Counted from the first letter of the stretch, positions 12,620 to 26,420 are shown. The stretch is 64,000 nt of DNA from Octopus sinensis (GCF_006345805.1 NC_043021.1:22134001-22198000), one strand, 5' to 3'. The notes: generated by a model not told the origin, from the sequence alone. Made by a program: numbers and translations.

Positions 12620-13000
12620 GGTCCCGGGTTTACCGACCACATGGTTCCAGGTTCAGTCCCACTGCGTGGCACCTTGGGCAAGTGTCTTCTACTATAGGGC
12701 TGACCAAAGCCTTGTCAGTGGATTTGATAGATGGAAACTGAGAGAAGCCCGTTGTATATATGTATATATATATACATATATATATATATGTGTACGTTAG
12801 TGTGTCTGTGTTTGTCTCCCCAACATCGCTTGACAACCAATGCTGGTGTGTTTAAGTCCCCATAACTTAGTGATTTGGTAAAAGAGACTAATAGAATAAG
12901 TACTAGGCTTACAAAGAATAAGTCCTGGGGTTGATTTGCTCAACTAAAGGCAGTGCTCCAGCATAGCCACAGTCAGATGATTGAAACTAGTAAATGAATA
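12620..13000 (+). mobile_element. SINE family 1 (CpG-decayed)
   Basis: Matches family consensus with several CG to TG/CA changes. Confidence 0.85.
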
Positions 13001-13026
13001 AAAGAATATATATATACATATACATA

Positions 13027-13892
13027 TGGGGTGCGTTGGGTAAATTGTCACCATTTTATGTTTCTAATTTTCCGCATGCATATTGTTTGTTTTTGATTTT
13101 GTCGACTACGCAGTATAGTAGGGTCAGTTGGGCACCGTCTGTGAGAAAAACAGCACCATGGCACAATTCACTCTGCCAGAAATTTGCAAATGACATACCG
13201 TACTGCTTGGCATTCATGCCGGAAACTCCAGTATGAACAGATGATGAACATACAGTACAACCGTTGGCTTGCTATCTCCCCGAAACATGTACAGAGAGTG
13301 ATAAAAATCAAACATCCAGTCAACATCATGGTGTTTGGAGTGATCCCTAGTGATGGTGACGTTATGCCTCCATTTGACTTCCCACATGGCCTTACACTCA
13401 ACACAGAGTTCTACATCAAGTGCCTGGATGATGTACTGCTGCCCTGGACCAAGAGGGTGGCTGCTGGAAGCCCTTATATCTGGCAAAAGGACTCTGCACC
13501 ATGCCACATAAGCAGGGAGAACCCAGTCACGGCTGTCAGACAATTTCTAAAATCTGACCACCTAACTCCCCAGACTGCAACCCCTTTGATTAATATGTGT
13601 GGGGTGCAGTTGAGCGAAAGACCAACAAAACTCTTTGTATCACTAAAGATGAACTGAAGGCAAGGATTACAGCAGCATTCACCAACGTAAACAAGGAGAC
13701 TGTCCAGAAGAGTTGCAGAAGATTCTGAAGTCATCTGGAGGTTGTGGTTGAAGCCAATGGCAATTTTAGTAAGTAAATTTACAGTCTAGTATTTCAAGAT
13801 ATTTATATGTAATTTTGGTAAATCTATCTGTTAAAATGAGATGTTAGTGTTATTTTCATTTTTGTATAATTTAGAAGACACACTGCACCCTG
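13027..13892 (+). mobile_element. maT (DD37D)-like Tc1/mariner transposon, internally deleted
   Basis: KHPVNIMVFGVIPSDGDVMPPF.FPHGL..NTEFYIKCL...PW...AAGSPYIWQKDSAPCH. Termini related to GGGTGC, flanked by TA. Confidence 0.8.
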
Positions 13893-15137
13893 TATATGTG
13901 TGTGTGTGTGGTGTGTGTGTGTGTGTGTGTGTGGTGTGTGTGTGTGTGCATGCGAGTGTGTATTGCATAAAACAGTTTGATTTGGTTTCCATGCTACTTC
14001 AACTGAATCAAACTATTTTAAATAAAATATGTGACCACTGCTTTCACCCCTAAAAAGTGTTTAGTGGTATAGGTGACTCATCAGACTCAAATAGTTGAAG
14101 GCTGGTGTAAGAAATATGTAATAGTCTGTTGGTTTTATAAACTAAAAAAATTATTGTCCATGCTGACAGCAGGATGGGGTTATCTCACATTAGCTCTATG
14201 ATGACATTGAAAGAACCTGCCCTCGGCCATTTCAACAAATGGGGAATTCCAAGTTTGTAGTGGAAAATATTTTAGATGCGGGCATTAACTGAATACTTCT
14301 TTCCTAGAGTTTAAAAAAGTCTCCAAGTTAAGGGACGTTTTAGGATACTTGCCATCTCTGCTAAGCAAAGCTTACGTTGTTTGTTCTGGATTATATAGGT
14401 CCCCAGTTTTTCAAGAAGGAAGAGAACAAATTAGGGTGTGGGCATATGAGGGGAAAGTGAGAAGATCTCAAAACACAGTGTGTATAGTATGAAACCACAT
14501 AAATGGAAAAGATAATTCTTAACCATATAACAATGACTGTGCCTATCAAACAGCCATATTTAATTGTTCACACACACACACACCATATTTACATACAAGT
14601 GTTTGTTAAGAGGATATTCAATTGGCTTCTATCAGGAGTATTATAATTGTTTCATCAATCAGTTCAACGTATCAAACAATAAGTGGCCGAGTATTTCAGA
14701 TATACATTTACTTTTAATTTAATACTTGGGCAAAATCAGTAGAAGACGAAATGTGATCAAGCTGGTCTTAAAAGATTACAGAAGCAATGTAATCAATGAG
14801 CTGCCAAAATAGATCTCGCAAGATGCCGAGTTAATCTGAGGTTGATATTGCAAAGGACACTTGCCTGAGGTTTGGGAAGGCGTGATCAAACCAGAAATCT
14901 CTTTGAGACGAAAACTTCTAAATAATTCACTCATTTATGCACTTAAGCATGGTCATCACACACACACACACATTAATAAGTGCTACGCATGCAACTTTTT
15001 GCCTTTGAATCACTGTGTAACTTTAGCTGATTAATAATGATGATAATAATAATAACAATAATGACGATGATGATGATAATCTATATACGAATATATCTAT
15101 GCATGCATACATATATACACATATAAATATATACATA

Positions 15138-15171
<34 letters not shown>

Positions 15172-15286
15172 TATTAAAATATATATATTCGAATATTAAT
15201 GTATGTATATTAATATATATATAGACATACATACATATACATATATAGATATATATCAATATATGTGTGTGTTTGTGTTTTATATA

Positions 15287-15331
<45 letters not shown>

Positions 15332-15603
15332 CATTACACATTCATGTGGTGTATTTATTGTTTATGTGTCTTTGTACGAAAATAAATCATAGAATAAACA
15401 GATAAATAAGTTATATGTACGTATACAGTCGTGGAAGTTTATTAAAACATCTTGTAGGTGTGTGTGTATATATATATACATATATATATATACATATATA
15501 TACACATATATATATATAAATATATATACACATATATATATATAAATATATATACACATATATATATATAAATATATATACACATATATATATATACATA
15601 TAT

Positions 15604-15634
<31 letters not shown>

Positions 15635-16714
15635 CATGAGTGTGTATGCATGTATATATATATAATGTATGTATGTATGTGCGTACGGCGATAATGTTTT
15701 TTTTAGTGAGTCATAACACAATGGCCACGAGCAACAAGTTCATACACCCATCCTCGTACTTACATGAACTTTTACGACTATAATACGAGTACTACAATAA
15801 ATTTACAGTTTATAACTCTGAAGCAACGATTTATTGTGATGCTGCTGCCGCTACTGCTAATGATTATGGCAATGACAACAACAACAACGGCAGTAGTGAT
15901 GCTGATGATGATGATGATCTTCATCATCATCATCAACATCATTATCATTATAAGCATCAACAACGACAATAATCTCCAGCATTCTATATAGACATTAACC
16001 CTGTTTGCCTTGAGAAAAGATGGTTTATTTTTTTCCTCTTTTCTCAGATATAAAATCTTATATCTAACAAAATGATGGCATTTTTTCCATTTTTTCCTTC
16101 TTTCCCAATCTCGTTTTTCTTTCTTCCTTCTTTACTGATTTCTCTTCGAAAGTTTGATATGCTTTGCAAGTAGAATGTCAATCTAGCATCTGTATCAAGT
16201 GATTCTTTACATCATCACTTGACATACTGAAAACAGCAGTCAAAATTTCCCTCGAATTACACCCTACCATCTTGGGTTGAAATGCTCTTTCGGTTAGAAA
16301 AAGATGAAAGCCACCCATGGGATTGGAACCCACATCTCCTACTATCGAAAACGGTTTTACATTCCAATATTCACATGCTACACCTGGCAAAATGCTTCCG
16401 CAGAATTTCATCCACCTTTATATTCTGAGTTCAAATCTTACCAAGGTTGGCTTTGCCTTTCATCCCCTTGGGGTCAATAAAATGAGTAAAGGCTGAGCCC
16501 TGTCCCCTAAAATGTAAAACTAATAGTTACATGTCATTAATAGTTTTATCTGTACATCAAAATTCACTTACAAGAAAGCAGATATACACAAGCATGCACA
16601 CACACACATATATATATAAGGTGGTGCTCCAGCATGACTACAGTAAAATGACCGAAACAATTAAAAGAATATATATATACACATATACATATATATATGT
16701 ATTATATATACATT

Positions 16715-17123
16715 GGTGTAGGAGGAGCTGTGGGGTAAGTAGCTTACTTACCAACCACATGGTCCTGGGTCCAGTTCCACTACATGGTACCTTTGGCAAG
16801 TGTCTTCTACTATAATCTCAGGACAACCAAAGCCTTGTGAGTGGATTTGGTAGACGGAAACTGAAAGAAGCCTGTCGAATATATGTATATATATATACAT
16901 GTGTGTATGTATATATGTATGTTTGTGTGTCTGTGTTTGTCCCCCCACCATCGCTTGATAACTGATGTCGGTGCGTTTATGTCCCCATAACTGAGTCATT
17001 CAGCAAAAGAGACCAATAGAATAAGTACAAGGCTTATAAAGAATAAGTCCTGGGGTCAATTTGTTCGACTAAAGGCGGTGCTCCAGCATGGCCGCAGTCA
17101 AATGACAGAAGCAAATAAAAGAT
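16715..17123 (+). mobile_element. SINE family 1
   Basis: Full structure, moderately decayed. Confidence 0.85.
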
Positions 17124-17124
17124 A

Positions 17125-17229
17125 AATCAGGGATCTATGTACAGTCATCATCTAGCATAGATCCTTTTTGGTTTGACCAATGTATTACTCTTGACACTCT
17201 GAGCAAGTTAACACAAGTATTAGATTTTC
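17125..17229 (-). pseudogene. GIY-YIG endonuclease relic of a Penelope-like element
   Basis: [33 protein letters not shown] matches the PLE pattern N(V/L)IY.I.C..C...YIG.T...L..R...HR..I. Confidence 0.75.
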
Positions 17230-17253
17230 TGAAACGCACACATATATATATAT

Positions 17254-17315
<62 letters not shown>

Positions 17316-17454
17316 GCGTGTATATATATATATATAAATATATATATATATGTAGATATATATAAAGATGTAGATATATATATATGTAGATATATATGTT
17401 GATATATATAAATGTATATATATATATATAAGTAGATATATATATATGCGACTA

Positions 17455-17850
17455 AACCGGCAACCCCACCAAGCTTGCTTGGTGAGGAGGGTGTTTATTG
17501 GACACCCTCCGGGATGAAAAACAAAGCCCGTCAAAGTGCGGAGGAACTCTTGAGAGTCAACGGCCATCCAAAAAATATCTTAAGGCTGTATCATACATGG
17601 GGACATAGAAATAATCGGACTGAATACCCGATGACGCAGTTAAACCATTGGGAGTGAAGGACTCCTAGCCTTCGTTAGGGCATCCTTCTAGGAGAAGGTA
17701 AGTCAAGTAACTGGGATAACTCCGACATAAAACCTGTGGCTCGGTTGTTACCGATGATGTTGACTTGTTCTTCTTTTCGGATTATGACTGCTGTTGCTTA
17801 GTGAGTGGGATTGACTCAGTGCACACCCTTTCCTCACTTTAAAAAAATCT
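17455..17850 (+). mobile_element. Probable RTE LINE 5' UTR fragment
   Basis: GC-richer segment with gggcatccttctaggagaagg...actccgacataaaacc, similar to RTE 5' UTRs as I recall them. Two adjacent hairpins at 17467-17510. Confidence 0.45.
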
Positions 17851-18025
17851 TCTTGCACAGGTATTGCACGATAACAACATTGATTAAGCTTCGTGCAATG
17901 GCCATACTCAATAACGAGGGGGCAGCCACCATATATGGGGAGAGTTCACGAAAAAAACCAAAGACGAAGACAGGTGGTGTAGAAAATAAACAGATGTATT
18001 AGTATAACGCTCAGGAAGAGAAAAA

Positions 18026-18064
18026 GTCTTTTACATTTCGAGCCTACACTCTTCTACAGAAAGG
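18026..18064 (-). ncRNA. Minimal hammerhead, family 1, in a pLTR-like fragment (17950-18065)
   Basis: CTTT CTGTAGA A GAGT GTAG GCTC GAA ATGT A AAAG. A6U core variant; stem III ACGT decayed to ATGT. Confidence 0.6.
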
Positions 18065-18084
18065 TACATATATATATATGTAGA

Positions 18085-19150
18085 CTAGCAGTATCACCCG
18101 GTGTTGCTTGAGTTTGTTTCGACTCTTTAGAATTGGAATTTTTGAAAAGTAAAAATTTTGCTTAATGCAACTTGTTATTCTCTTCAAGTGAACATTTTTC
18201 CACTTGAAATACATCGAAAAATGGTGACACAGCAGTCAAAAAATCGTAAAAAATAAGGATTTTCATAGAAAAAAAGCACCTTTTTGATGTAAATAATTTT
18301 TGGTGTTAACATGGTCCGATTTGAACTTTATCTTCTACACAATGAAGAGCAAGCCTTCTTCTATCATACTCACAATTTTTGTCAACTTGCGCTGCAGGGT
18401 CTCGAAGGAGATAGTGTTAGTTGAAGGCTACCAAACCTGCCACACACAGACAACTTCAGCTTTATATATATATATATTTGCTACACACTACTTTCCATCC
18501 TTAATAATGAAACTTGGTAGATCCAAAAGTTAAACACACAGACACACAAGTTGAGTTTTATATATATAGATTTCTCAACGGGGATTTCAGGGGAGAGTTT
18601 CAGGGAGTCGCTGGCGATGTATCGTGATGATCAAAAATCTGGCCTGCTAAAATTTGGTTAAAGTGATTCAAACTGCAGACTCAATGCAAAATGGTCACAT
18701 TTAATTCAAAGCATTAAAAATGTTATGAAAACAATTGGTATGTGTTCACAAAGTCCAAAGGATTAATAATTAAAAAAACCTCCAGGCTACATCCCGAAAA
18801 TTCATTTCTTTGCCGAATTTCTACAATGTTTACAGCGATTCGTTTTTATATTTTGATTTTTCATTTTTCATGCAATTTACGCATGCTTGCACATGTGGTG
18901 AACACAGTTCACGTCAAATAGCTGACTGAGTAAAGTTCACTATTCAATGCATGGGATAAGGCCTAAACAAATACATTATCGATTTTTGCACTTGCAAGAT
19001 GAATTTCGGAACAGAAATAGTGCAGTTCAATTTTTATTTGCCTAAACTTTAAGTGACCCATTTTTGGTGGTTCTACGATTTGTTGGTTAGGAGGAGATGT
19101 GCCGAGAAGTTAAACACACAGACACACAAGTTGAGTTTTATATATATAGA
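18085..19150 (-). mobile_element. Composite non-autonomous Helitron (one 3' end, three 5' ends)
   Basis: CTAG and decayed hairpin at 18085-18111. TCTATATATA(T)AAA-type 5' ends at about 18478, 18570 and 19150. Confidence 0.7.
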
Positions 19151-19165
19151 TATATATATATGTAG

Positions 19166-19197
<32 letters not shown>

Positions 19198-20081
19198 ATA
19201 TATATATATAGACAGACAGACAGACAGACAAATAGATAGATAGATAGAAATTATGAAGCTTCCATATAGTTTCTTTTGATCAACTTCACATGCATTGTTC
19301 AGCTTGGAATTAGAGTAGAAGGCCCATGAGCAAGATGCTGTGCAGTGGGACTGAACCTGAAACCATGAGGTTGCAAAGTGAGCTTAGAAATATTCAGTGT
19401 TTTTCTTTGATGCTTTCTAGTTCCTTCCACCAATCGTTATGTCATACTCTAATGTGTCTGTTTAAACCAGAGGATTGGCCGTCTTCTTATATCTTTGGCC
19501 TCGTTTTATGGAATCATCGTTACCAACATCAGCCCCACACCCATTTGCAAAAAAATTTCCTGATTTAAAAACAATAATTCCTTTGTTCTTTTGTTTCATT
19601 ACCGATATTTAATGAAAAATATTTTTAAAAGTTTCTGAAAATACTTAACGAAACTGATAAATAGCAACTAAAAACTCAATCAGAATATAATGATATAATA
19701 GGAATATTTAATATGAAATATGGCTGGTGAATATCATAGCATCAATATTTGGCTAGAAATTAGCAAGTTTTAGCCTTAATTTTCGGCGCTCTTCCAGGTT
19801 CCTTCTCTTTCATCACTATTATGGTAACTTCATGAAATGCTTGCACTTGTCTTTAATTAGTTTGCCAATTGGCCAGTTCCTATTGCATCTTTTCTAGGTG
19901 CATGCCAACAACAAGATGACTTCTAAGGCAGTGTGAATTTCAATATTGTATTGAATTTCTATACTGACATTTGTAACCCTTCAGCATTTAAACCAGCTAC
20001 ACCTGGCCCTAATAGTCTACCTGTTATACATTTAAACTGGTCAGATCCATCCTCTCACAACTATCCTAATATGTCATTCTA

Positions 20082-20600
20082 TTGGGTTGTCCGGAAAGTT
20101 TGTGCCGATTTATAGTAGCTTACATTTTGACTTATTTTAGAACATGGTTGAGTCCATAAAATAGGATTTCACTACACCTCCATTTAGAGCACAGTTTAAG
20201 CCATCTTTTCGTAGAAGAAGGTTTATGTTCCTAGAACCTGTGTTAATTCTGTAACCTTTAAAATGGAAAATAAGAAAGTTCATTTTCGGCACTTGATGCT
20301 TTGGGAACCAGACAAAAATTGCTGCAGCTTGGCTAGGATGTGTCACCCCACCCTCCATATTCACCAGATATTGCTCCTTTGGATCTCCACTTATTTGGGT
20401 CTCTGCAGAATAGTCTTAATGGTAAAAATTTCAATTCTTTGGATGAAGTAAAAAGATACCATGATGAATTCTTTGCCATGAAACCACCTCAATTCTGGGA
20501 AGAGGGTATTTTCAAGTTAAAGGAAAGATGGAGACGCATTGTGCAACAAAATGGTTCATATTTGGTGGATTAAAAATGTAATGGCAAGTATTTATTGACC
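20082..20600 (+). mobile_element. Mariner (DD34D) deletion derivative
   Basis: TA|TTGGGTTGTCCGGAAAG terminus. MENKKVHFRHLML is joined to HPPYSPDIAPLDLHLFGSLQNSLNGKNF...KLKERWRRIVQQNGSY. Confidence 0.9.
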
Positions 20601-20601
20601 A

Positions 20602-20896
20602 CTAGCAGTATCGCCCGGCATTGCTCGGGTTTGTAAGGGAAATAACTATATAAGAATTTTTAGAGAGTTATAGCCAAAAAATAGCAAAAAAATGCATTAA
20701 AAATGGGAAAAAAATAATGGTAAATTTTTTTTTAAATCGTTGACCCATCGTAGACATTTTTAGAGAGTTACTTCCCTTATATAATAGCGAAAAATGCATT
20801 AAAATGGAAAAAAATGATGGTAAATTTTTTTAAACATCGTAGACTCATCGTAGACATGCACTAATACCCAGAAGGGCTCGATATGAATCATGACTG
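20602..20896 (-). mobile_element. Non-autonomous Helitron, 5'-truncated
   Basis: a|ctagcagtatcgcccggcattgctcggg terminus. Body shared with the copies at 36060, 50356 and 62894. Confidence 0.8.
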
Positions 20897-22044
20897 TAAC
20901 TTAGCAGTTCAGCAGAAGAGAGGTATAGAATAAGTACCAGGCTTTTAAAAAGATTAAAAGAAGGACTGGGTTCGATTCACTCGACTAAAAATTCATTGAG
21001 GTGGTGCCCCAGCATGGCCACAGTCTAATGACTGAAATAAGTAAAAGCTAAAAGATGAAAGAGTATGTATGTATGTGTGTGTGTGTGTGTATGTATGTAC
21101 GTATGTATGTGTGTATGTATGTATGTGTGTATGTATGTATGTATGTGTGTATGTATGTGTGTGTGCATGTGTCGCTCATTCTGTTTTGTTCTGTGTCTCT
21201 CTTTACTCCTTCACTCACCTCATTCCCACCCCCACCATGCCTCCATTCCCACTCACCCATTCACATTTGTTGGGGCAGGGTGTGGGTGTTGGGCCCACAA
21301 CCCCCCCCCCCGCACTCCCCAGTTATAGAGGACCACTTATTTCAGGCCTCTGATGATTGAGTACCTGTCACAGCATAAGCTGGAACGGCCATGTATATAT
21401 ACGCATACACACTCAAGCATGCAGAAACTCTCACAGACAGACGAGCACACACACACACACACATACACACACACACACACACATACACACACACACACAC
21501 ATGTATCACATGCATAAAGATAGATGTAGCTACATACACAAACACACATAGAAACATGAATACATAAAGATATACATACATACGTAAATCCATACATATA
21601 CATACAAACACACACACATACATATATGCATACATATGCTCAGATATTAATGATACATACACACACATGTAGCATAGACATGCAAATGTTTATTGACATA
21701 AAAGTATACTAAACACACGCATTCAGGCAGATGTAGATACATACACAAACATACATAGAAAAACGAATACATAAAGATATACATACACACATACATATAT
21801 ACATACATATATACATATATTCAACTTGGCCTTTTGGATTGCAGACATTGCCCATTCAGCAGGCTTAGACATACAAACACACATACAAATAAACATGCAC
21901 CACCCAGCCTGAGGATCGAAACCACAAGCTGGTGATTATCAGTGCAACACCCTAGGTATTGTGGAGGACATGTACTTCATTGTCATTACAATCTGGAGTT
22001 TTAAACTTCTTTGGGCCAATTATCCAATTTCTTTCCATCGGTGC

Positions 22045-22202
22045 AGTGGTGGCTGCGTGGTAAGTAGCTTGCTTACCAGCCACATGGTTCTGGATTCAGT
22101 CCCACTGCGTGGCACCTTGGGCAAGTGTCTTCTACTATAAGCCTCGGGCTGACCAAAGCCTTGTGAGTGGATTTGGTAGACGGAAACTGAAAGAAGTCCA
22201 TC

Positions 22203-22246
<44 letters not shown>

Positions 22247-22465
22247 GTGTGTGTATATGTTTGTGTGTCTGTGTTTGTTCCCTCAACATCGCTTGACAAC
22301 CGATGCTGGTGTGGTTATGTCCCCTTAACTTAGCGGTTTGGCAAAAGAGACAGATAGAATAAGTACTAGGCTTACAAAGAATAAGTCCTGGGGTCGATTT
22401 GCCCGACTAAAGGCGGTGCTCCAGCATGGCCACAGTCAAATGACTGAAACAAGTAAAAGAGTATA
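22045..22465 (+). mobile_element. SINE family 1
   Basis: Full structure. Confidence 0.9.
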
Positions 22466-22531
22466 TTGTATAAAAGACCGAGATCACAGAATTTCCTCTG
22501 AAAGGGATGATAGTTTGTCAAAGATTTACTT

Positions 22532-22881
22532 ATTTACCAAAGATGATCTTCCTCTCTGAGCTGGCTTCTGGAGCAAGAAACCCTGGAAGGCCACTGAGGT
22601 GATACAAGAACAGCCTGAAGACTTCCTTTGAGGCCTGCGGCATTTCTGCCTGTGGCTTGGAATTGTTTGCTTGTGACTGCGATGCCTGGCATCCAGCTGT
22701 CCAAAAGGGTGGTAGGCTGTTTAAGGAAAAGTGCCTCAAGAGCCTGGACCAGAAGCAACAAGCCCTAAAAGAGAGGATCCCCAACCCTACTTCTGCTGTT
22801 ACATGCCCAATATGTGGCCTCGTCTGCATGTCCGCCTTTGGGTTCTGCTCCCACCTCCGGCGTCTTATACGTCATTGTTGA
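22532..22881 (+). pseudogene. RTE / RTE-X-like LINE ORF2 C-terminus with C2H2 finger
   Basis: LPKMIFLSELASGARNPGRPLR*YKNSLK...AW...VQKG...TCPICGLVCMSAFGFCSHLRR, one in-frame stop. Confidence 0.85.
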
Positions 22882-22898
22882 ACCCAGACAGACTTCCA

Positions 22899-23220
22899 TT
22901 CATCATCATCATCATCATCGTTTAATGTCCGTTTTCCATGCTAGCATGGGTTGGACGGTTCAACTGGGGTCTGGGAAGCCAGAAGGCTGCACCAGGCTCC
23001 AGTCTGATCTGGCAGTGTTTCTACAGCTGGATGTCCTTCCTAACGCCAACCACTCCGAGAGTGTAGTGGGTGCTTTTTATGTGCCACCTGCACAGGTGCC
23101 AGACGAGGCTGGCAAACGGCCACGATCGGATGGTGCTTTTTACATGCTACCGGCACGGGGGCCAGACGAGGCTGGCAACGGCCACGATCGGATGGTGCTA
23201 TTTACGTGCCACCGGCACTT
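22899..23220 (-). mobile_element. RTE-tailed element with about 2 internal repeats
   Basis: Reverse complement of the shared tail, (cat)n at the left end. Confidence 0.85.
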
Positions 23221-23670
23221 CCATTATTATTATGTATTTACATTTGAGTGACTTGATGAATGTGGAATGAAGTGTTTTGCTCAGGAACACAACGTACCAC
23301 TTGCTCTAGGAATCAAAACCGTGAGCTTGTGATTGTCAGTTCAACACCCTAGTCCCAAGGCCACGATCTTTATTATGCTGGAGTAATGAAAAAAATATCT
23401 TGTGTTATTTGTTGCACCTACACTGTTGTTTACTGCTAAAGTGACTCAAATTGCAGGCATCCGCTGACTGACCAGATGGAAACGTGTATCATGTTCTCCA
23501 ATAACAATGTGACATTAAGATGGATAGGAGATGAATTATCAATTAATTAATTAATAGGTTTCAAAATTATAAACTCATATTAAGTTCAGGCATAGCTGTC
23601 TGGTTAAGTCAGATGTTTTCAAATAATGAGGGTTTTCAAAAAATATGTGTCCTGGATAGTCTACATCTGA

Positions 23671-24035
23671 CGTGGAGGAGCAATGGCCCAGTGGTTAGGG
23701 CAGCGGACTCGCAGTCATAGGATTGCGGTTTCGATTCCCAGACCGGGCGTTGTGAGTGTTTATTGAGCGAAAACACCTAAAGGTCCACAAGGCTCTGGCA
23801 GGCGGTGGTGGTGATCACCACAACTTTCTCTCACTCTTACTTCCTGTTTCTGTTGTACCTGTACTTCAAAGGGCCGGCCTTGTCACTCTCTGTGTCACGC
23901 TGAATATCCCTGAGAACTACGTTAAGGGTACACATGTCTGTGGAGTGCTCAGCCACTTACACATTATTAATTTCACGAGCAGGCTGTTCCGTTGATTCGG
24001 ATCAACCAGAACCCTCGTCGTTGTAACCAACGGAG
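23671..24035 (+). mobile_element. SINE family 3 variant
   Basis: gtggaggagcaatggcccagtggttagggcagcggactcg...ggtttcgattccc head. Confidence 0.8.
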
Positions 24036-25024
24036 TGCTAAGAGGAAAAACATCTGACACACAGACAATACCACTAAAGAGATATATGAACCAAAATAAC
24101 CATTCCTTTTAGAATTCAAATGAAAAAAAAGAAAAGGAAGAAAATGACACCACACAAGCATATCCATGGAAAATCGTTTAAAATAAAATTCCTGCAACAA
24201 ACTTTCAATTATGCAGAATTCAAACCTTGAAGACGTCTGATGACACTTTGGCATACTCTCAGCTTGAAACCTTGAATAAAGATGTAGTATCAATAAGGGG
24301 CTATATCATTTCATAGATACACACATAATATATATGCATATACATTATATATTACAAATATATCACTATTTAATTTACTGTGTAAATTACAATTAGGATA
24401 TCATGCTGATTCCATGTGTTTCATGTAAACAGAACACATCTGCATTCAATACTAGCTGTAAGGAACATAGTAGATACTTTGTACCCCTTTAACTGTATTG
24501 AATACACTTCCTTTTATTCACCAACTTCAGCATACACATACGTGTATGCATGCCATTATCTATGCCTTGTAGCACCTACTGGTCCTTTTTCCCTTTGTCT
24601 CCGTCCCTTCTCCTATACTAGATGTGATTAGCTATGTGGATTCCTCTGCAGGAACTTGCTCAGTACCCATCTCTTTCATAGTGATTCTAGCATGAAACTG
24701 AGCCAAGGGCTTGTAGCCTTGTGAACTGCATGGCAACCGCAATAGTGTCAGTATGAAGGAGAAAAGCACCCAATGCATGCTGTAAAGCAGTTGACATTAG
24801 AAGGTGCATCCAGCTATAGAAACTATACCAAAGCAGGCACTGGGACACAATACAGTCGTTGGACACGTTGGACCCACTATCTGCCATGCTTCTCAAAACC
24901 GGAAAGGAGAAAGCTAATTTGAAGACTACAGATCCAATCAATCTCTGGAACTGAAAAAATCTGTAAAACTTTCCAGATGTTTATCATTTAAATATATATC
25001 AGTATGTTTAGATATGCAACTATA

Positions 25025-25185
25025 TGCATGAGGCTGTGTTAAGTAGCTTGCTTACCAACCACATGGTTCCGGGTTCAGTCCCAATGTGTGGAACCTTGGG
25101 CAAGTGTCTTTTACTATAGCCTCAGGTTGACCAAAGCCTAGTGAGTGGATTTGGTAGACGGAAACTGAAAGAAGCCCGTCGTATA

Positions 25186-25219
<34 letters not shown>

Positions 25220-25382
25220 TGAGGGAATATTATTCCAAACTTACAGGGTAAAATTCAATTTAGAAATACTAAATCAAATTTCACAAAATATAATATATAT
25301 ATATATATCAGTTAGAAAAAACCCACCTTTTATCAATTCAATAATGGTATAATTATACATATATATATATATAAATGGTATA

Positions 25383-25421
<39 letters not shown>

Positions 25422-25635
25422 TGAGTGTATATGTTTGTATGTCTGTGTTTGTCCCCCCAACATCGCTTGACAACCAATGCTGGTGTGTTTATGTCCCCGT
25501 AACTTAGCAGTTCAGCAAAAGAGACCGATACTAGGCTTACAAAGAATAAGTCCTGGGGTCAATTTGCTCAACTAAAGGCGGTGCTCCAGCATGGCCACAG
25601 TCAAATGACTGAAACAAGTAAAAGAGTAAAAGAGT
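25025..25635 (+). mobile_element. SINE family 1 with a pLTR-like fragment (25210-25350) inside its (TA)n
   Basis: Both SINE halves are collinear. The insert is related to the 1536-1680 sequence. Confidence 0.75.
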
Positions 25636-26004
25636 GTACATGCATACGTACATACGTACATACATACATACATACAAGAGTACCCTGTTGTTGATGTTGA
25701 AATTCCAATGAAGGAGCCTTGAATCTTGGTAAGAGGCTGGCCCCTCTTTCTATTGGCAAGAAATCTTGAAATAAAACATACATACAAGATGCAGCACGGA
25801 TTTTTTTCAGTGAACAGGTCGTGGTCTTAAAGCGACGAAAATATTTTGACAAATTAAACTTAAATGTTGAAGTGATTCGAACGGCTTTTGTGTGTTTCTT
25901 AAATGGCTTACAAACACCTTCCACACTGCAATTGTTTTCGTTCCCGCACACGATCTCAGATCAAATCACTTGCTATGCAAGTACATCTCCGTAAATACAT
26001 TCTA

Positions 26005-26420
26005 TTCTTTTCTTTTATTCTTTTACTTGTTTCAGTCATTTGACTGCGGCCATGCTGGAGCACCGCCTTTAGTCGAGCAAATCGACCCCAGGACTTATTC
26101 TTTTGTAAGCCCAGTACTTATTCTATCGCTCTCTTTTGCTGAACCGCTAAGTAACGGGGACATAAACACACCAGCATCGGTTGTCAAGCAATGCTAGGAG
26201 GACAAAACACAGACACAAACACACACACACGCATATATATATATACATATATACGACGGGCTTCTTTCAGTTTCCGTCTACCAAATCCACTGACAAGGCT
26301 TTGGTCGGCCCGAGGCTATAGTAGAAGACACTTGCCCAAGGTGCCACGCAGTGGGACTGAACCCGGCTCAATGTGGTTGGTAAACAAGCTACCTACCACA
26401 CAGCCGCTCCTGTGCCTATT
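26005..26420 (-). mobile_element. SINE family 1 (young)
   Basis: Near-consensus sequence with CpGs retained. Confidence 0.9.

Noticed and set aside
14050-14090. CTGATGA on the minus strand (also 24237 on plus)
   Set aside because: No convincing stem II plus GAAA and stem I pairing.
15810-15975. Ala/Asn/Asp/His-rich open frame after an AG
   Set aside because: Mosaic of decayed trinucleotide repeats with no donor site or recognisable domain.
17130-17170. Hairpin GGATCTATG...CATAGATCC as a pre-miRNA
   Set aside because: Stem of about 12 bp is too short, and it lies within the GIY-YIG relic.
19465-19561. Minus-strand exon-like GNFFANGCGADVGNDDSIKRGQRYKKTANPLV*
   Set aside because: Acceptor is plausible, but there is no good donor, homology or partner exon.
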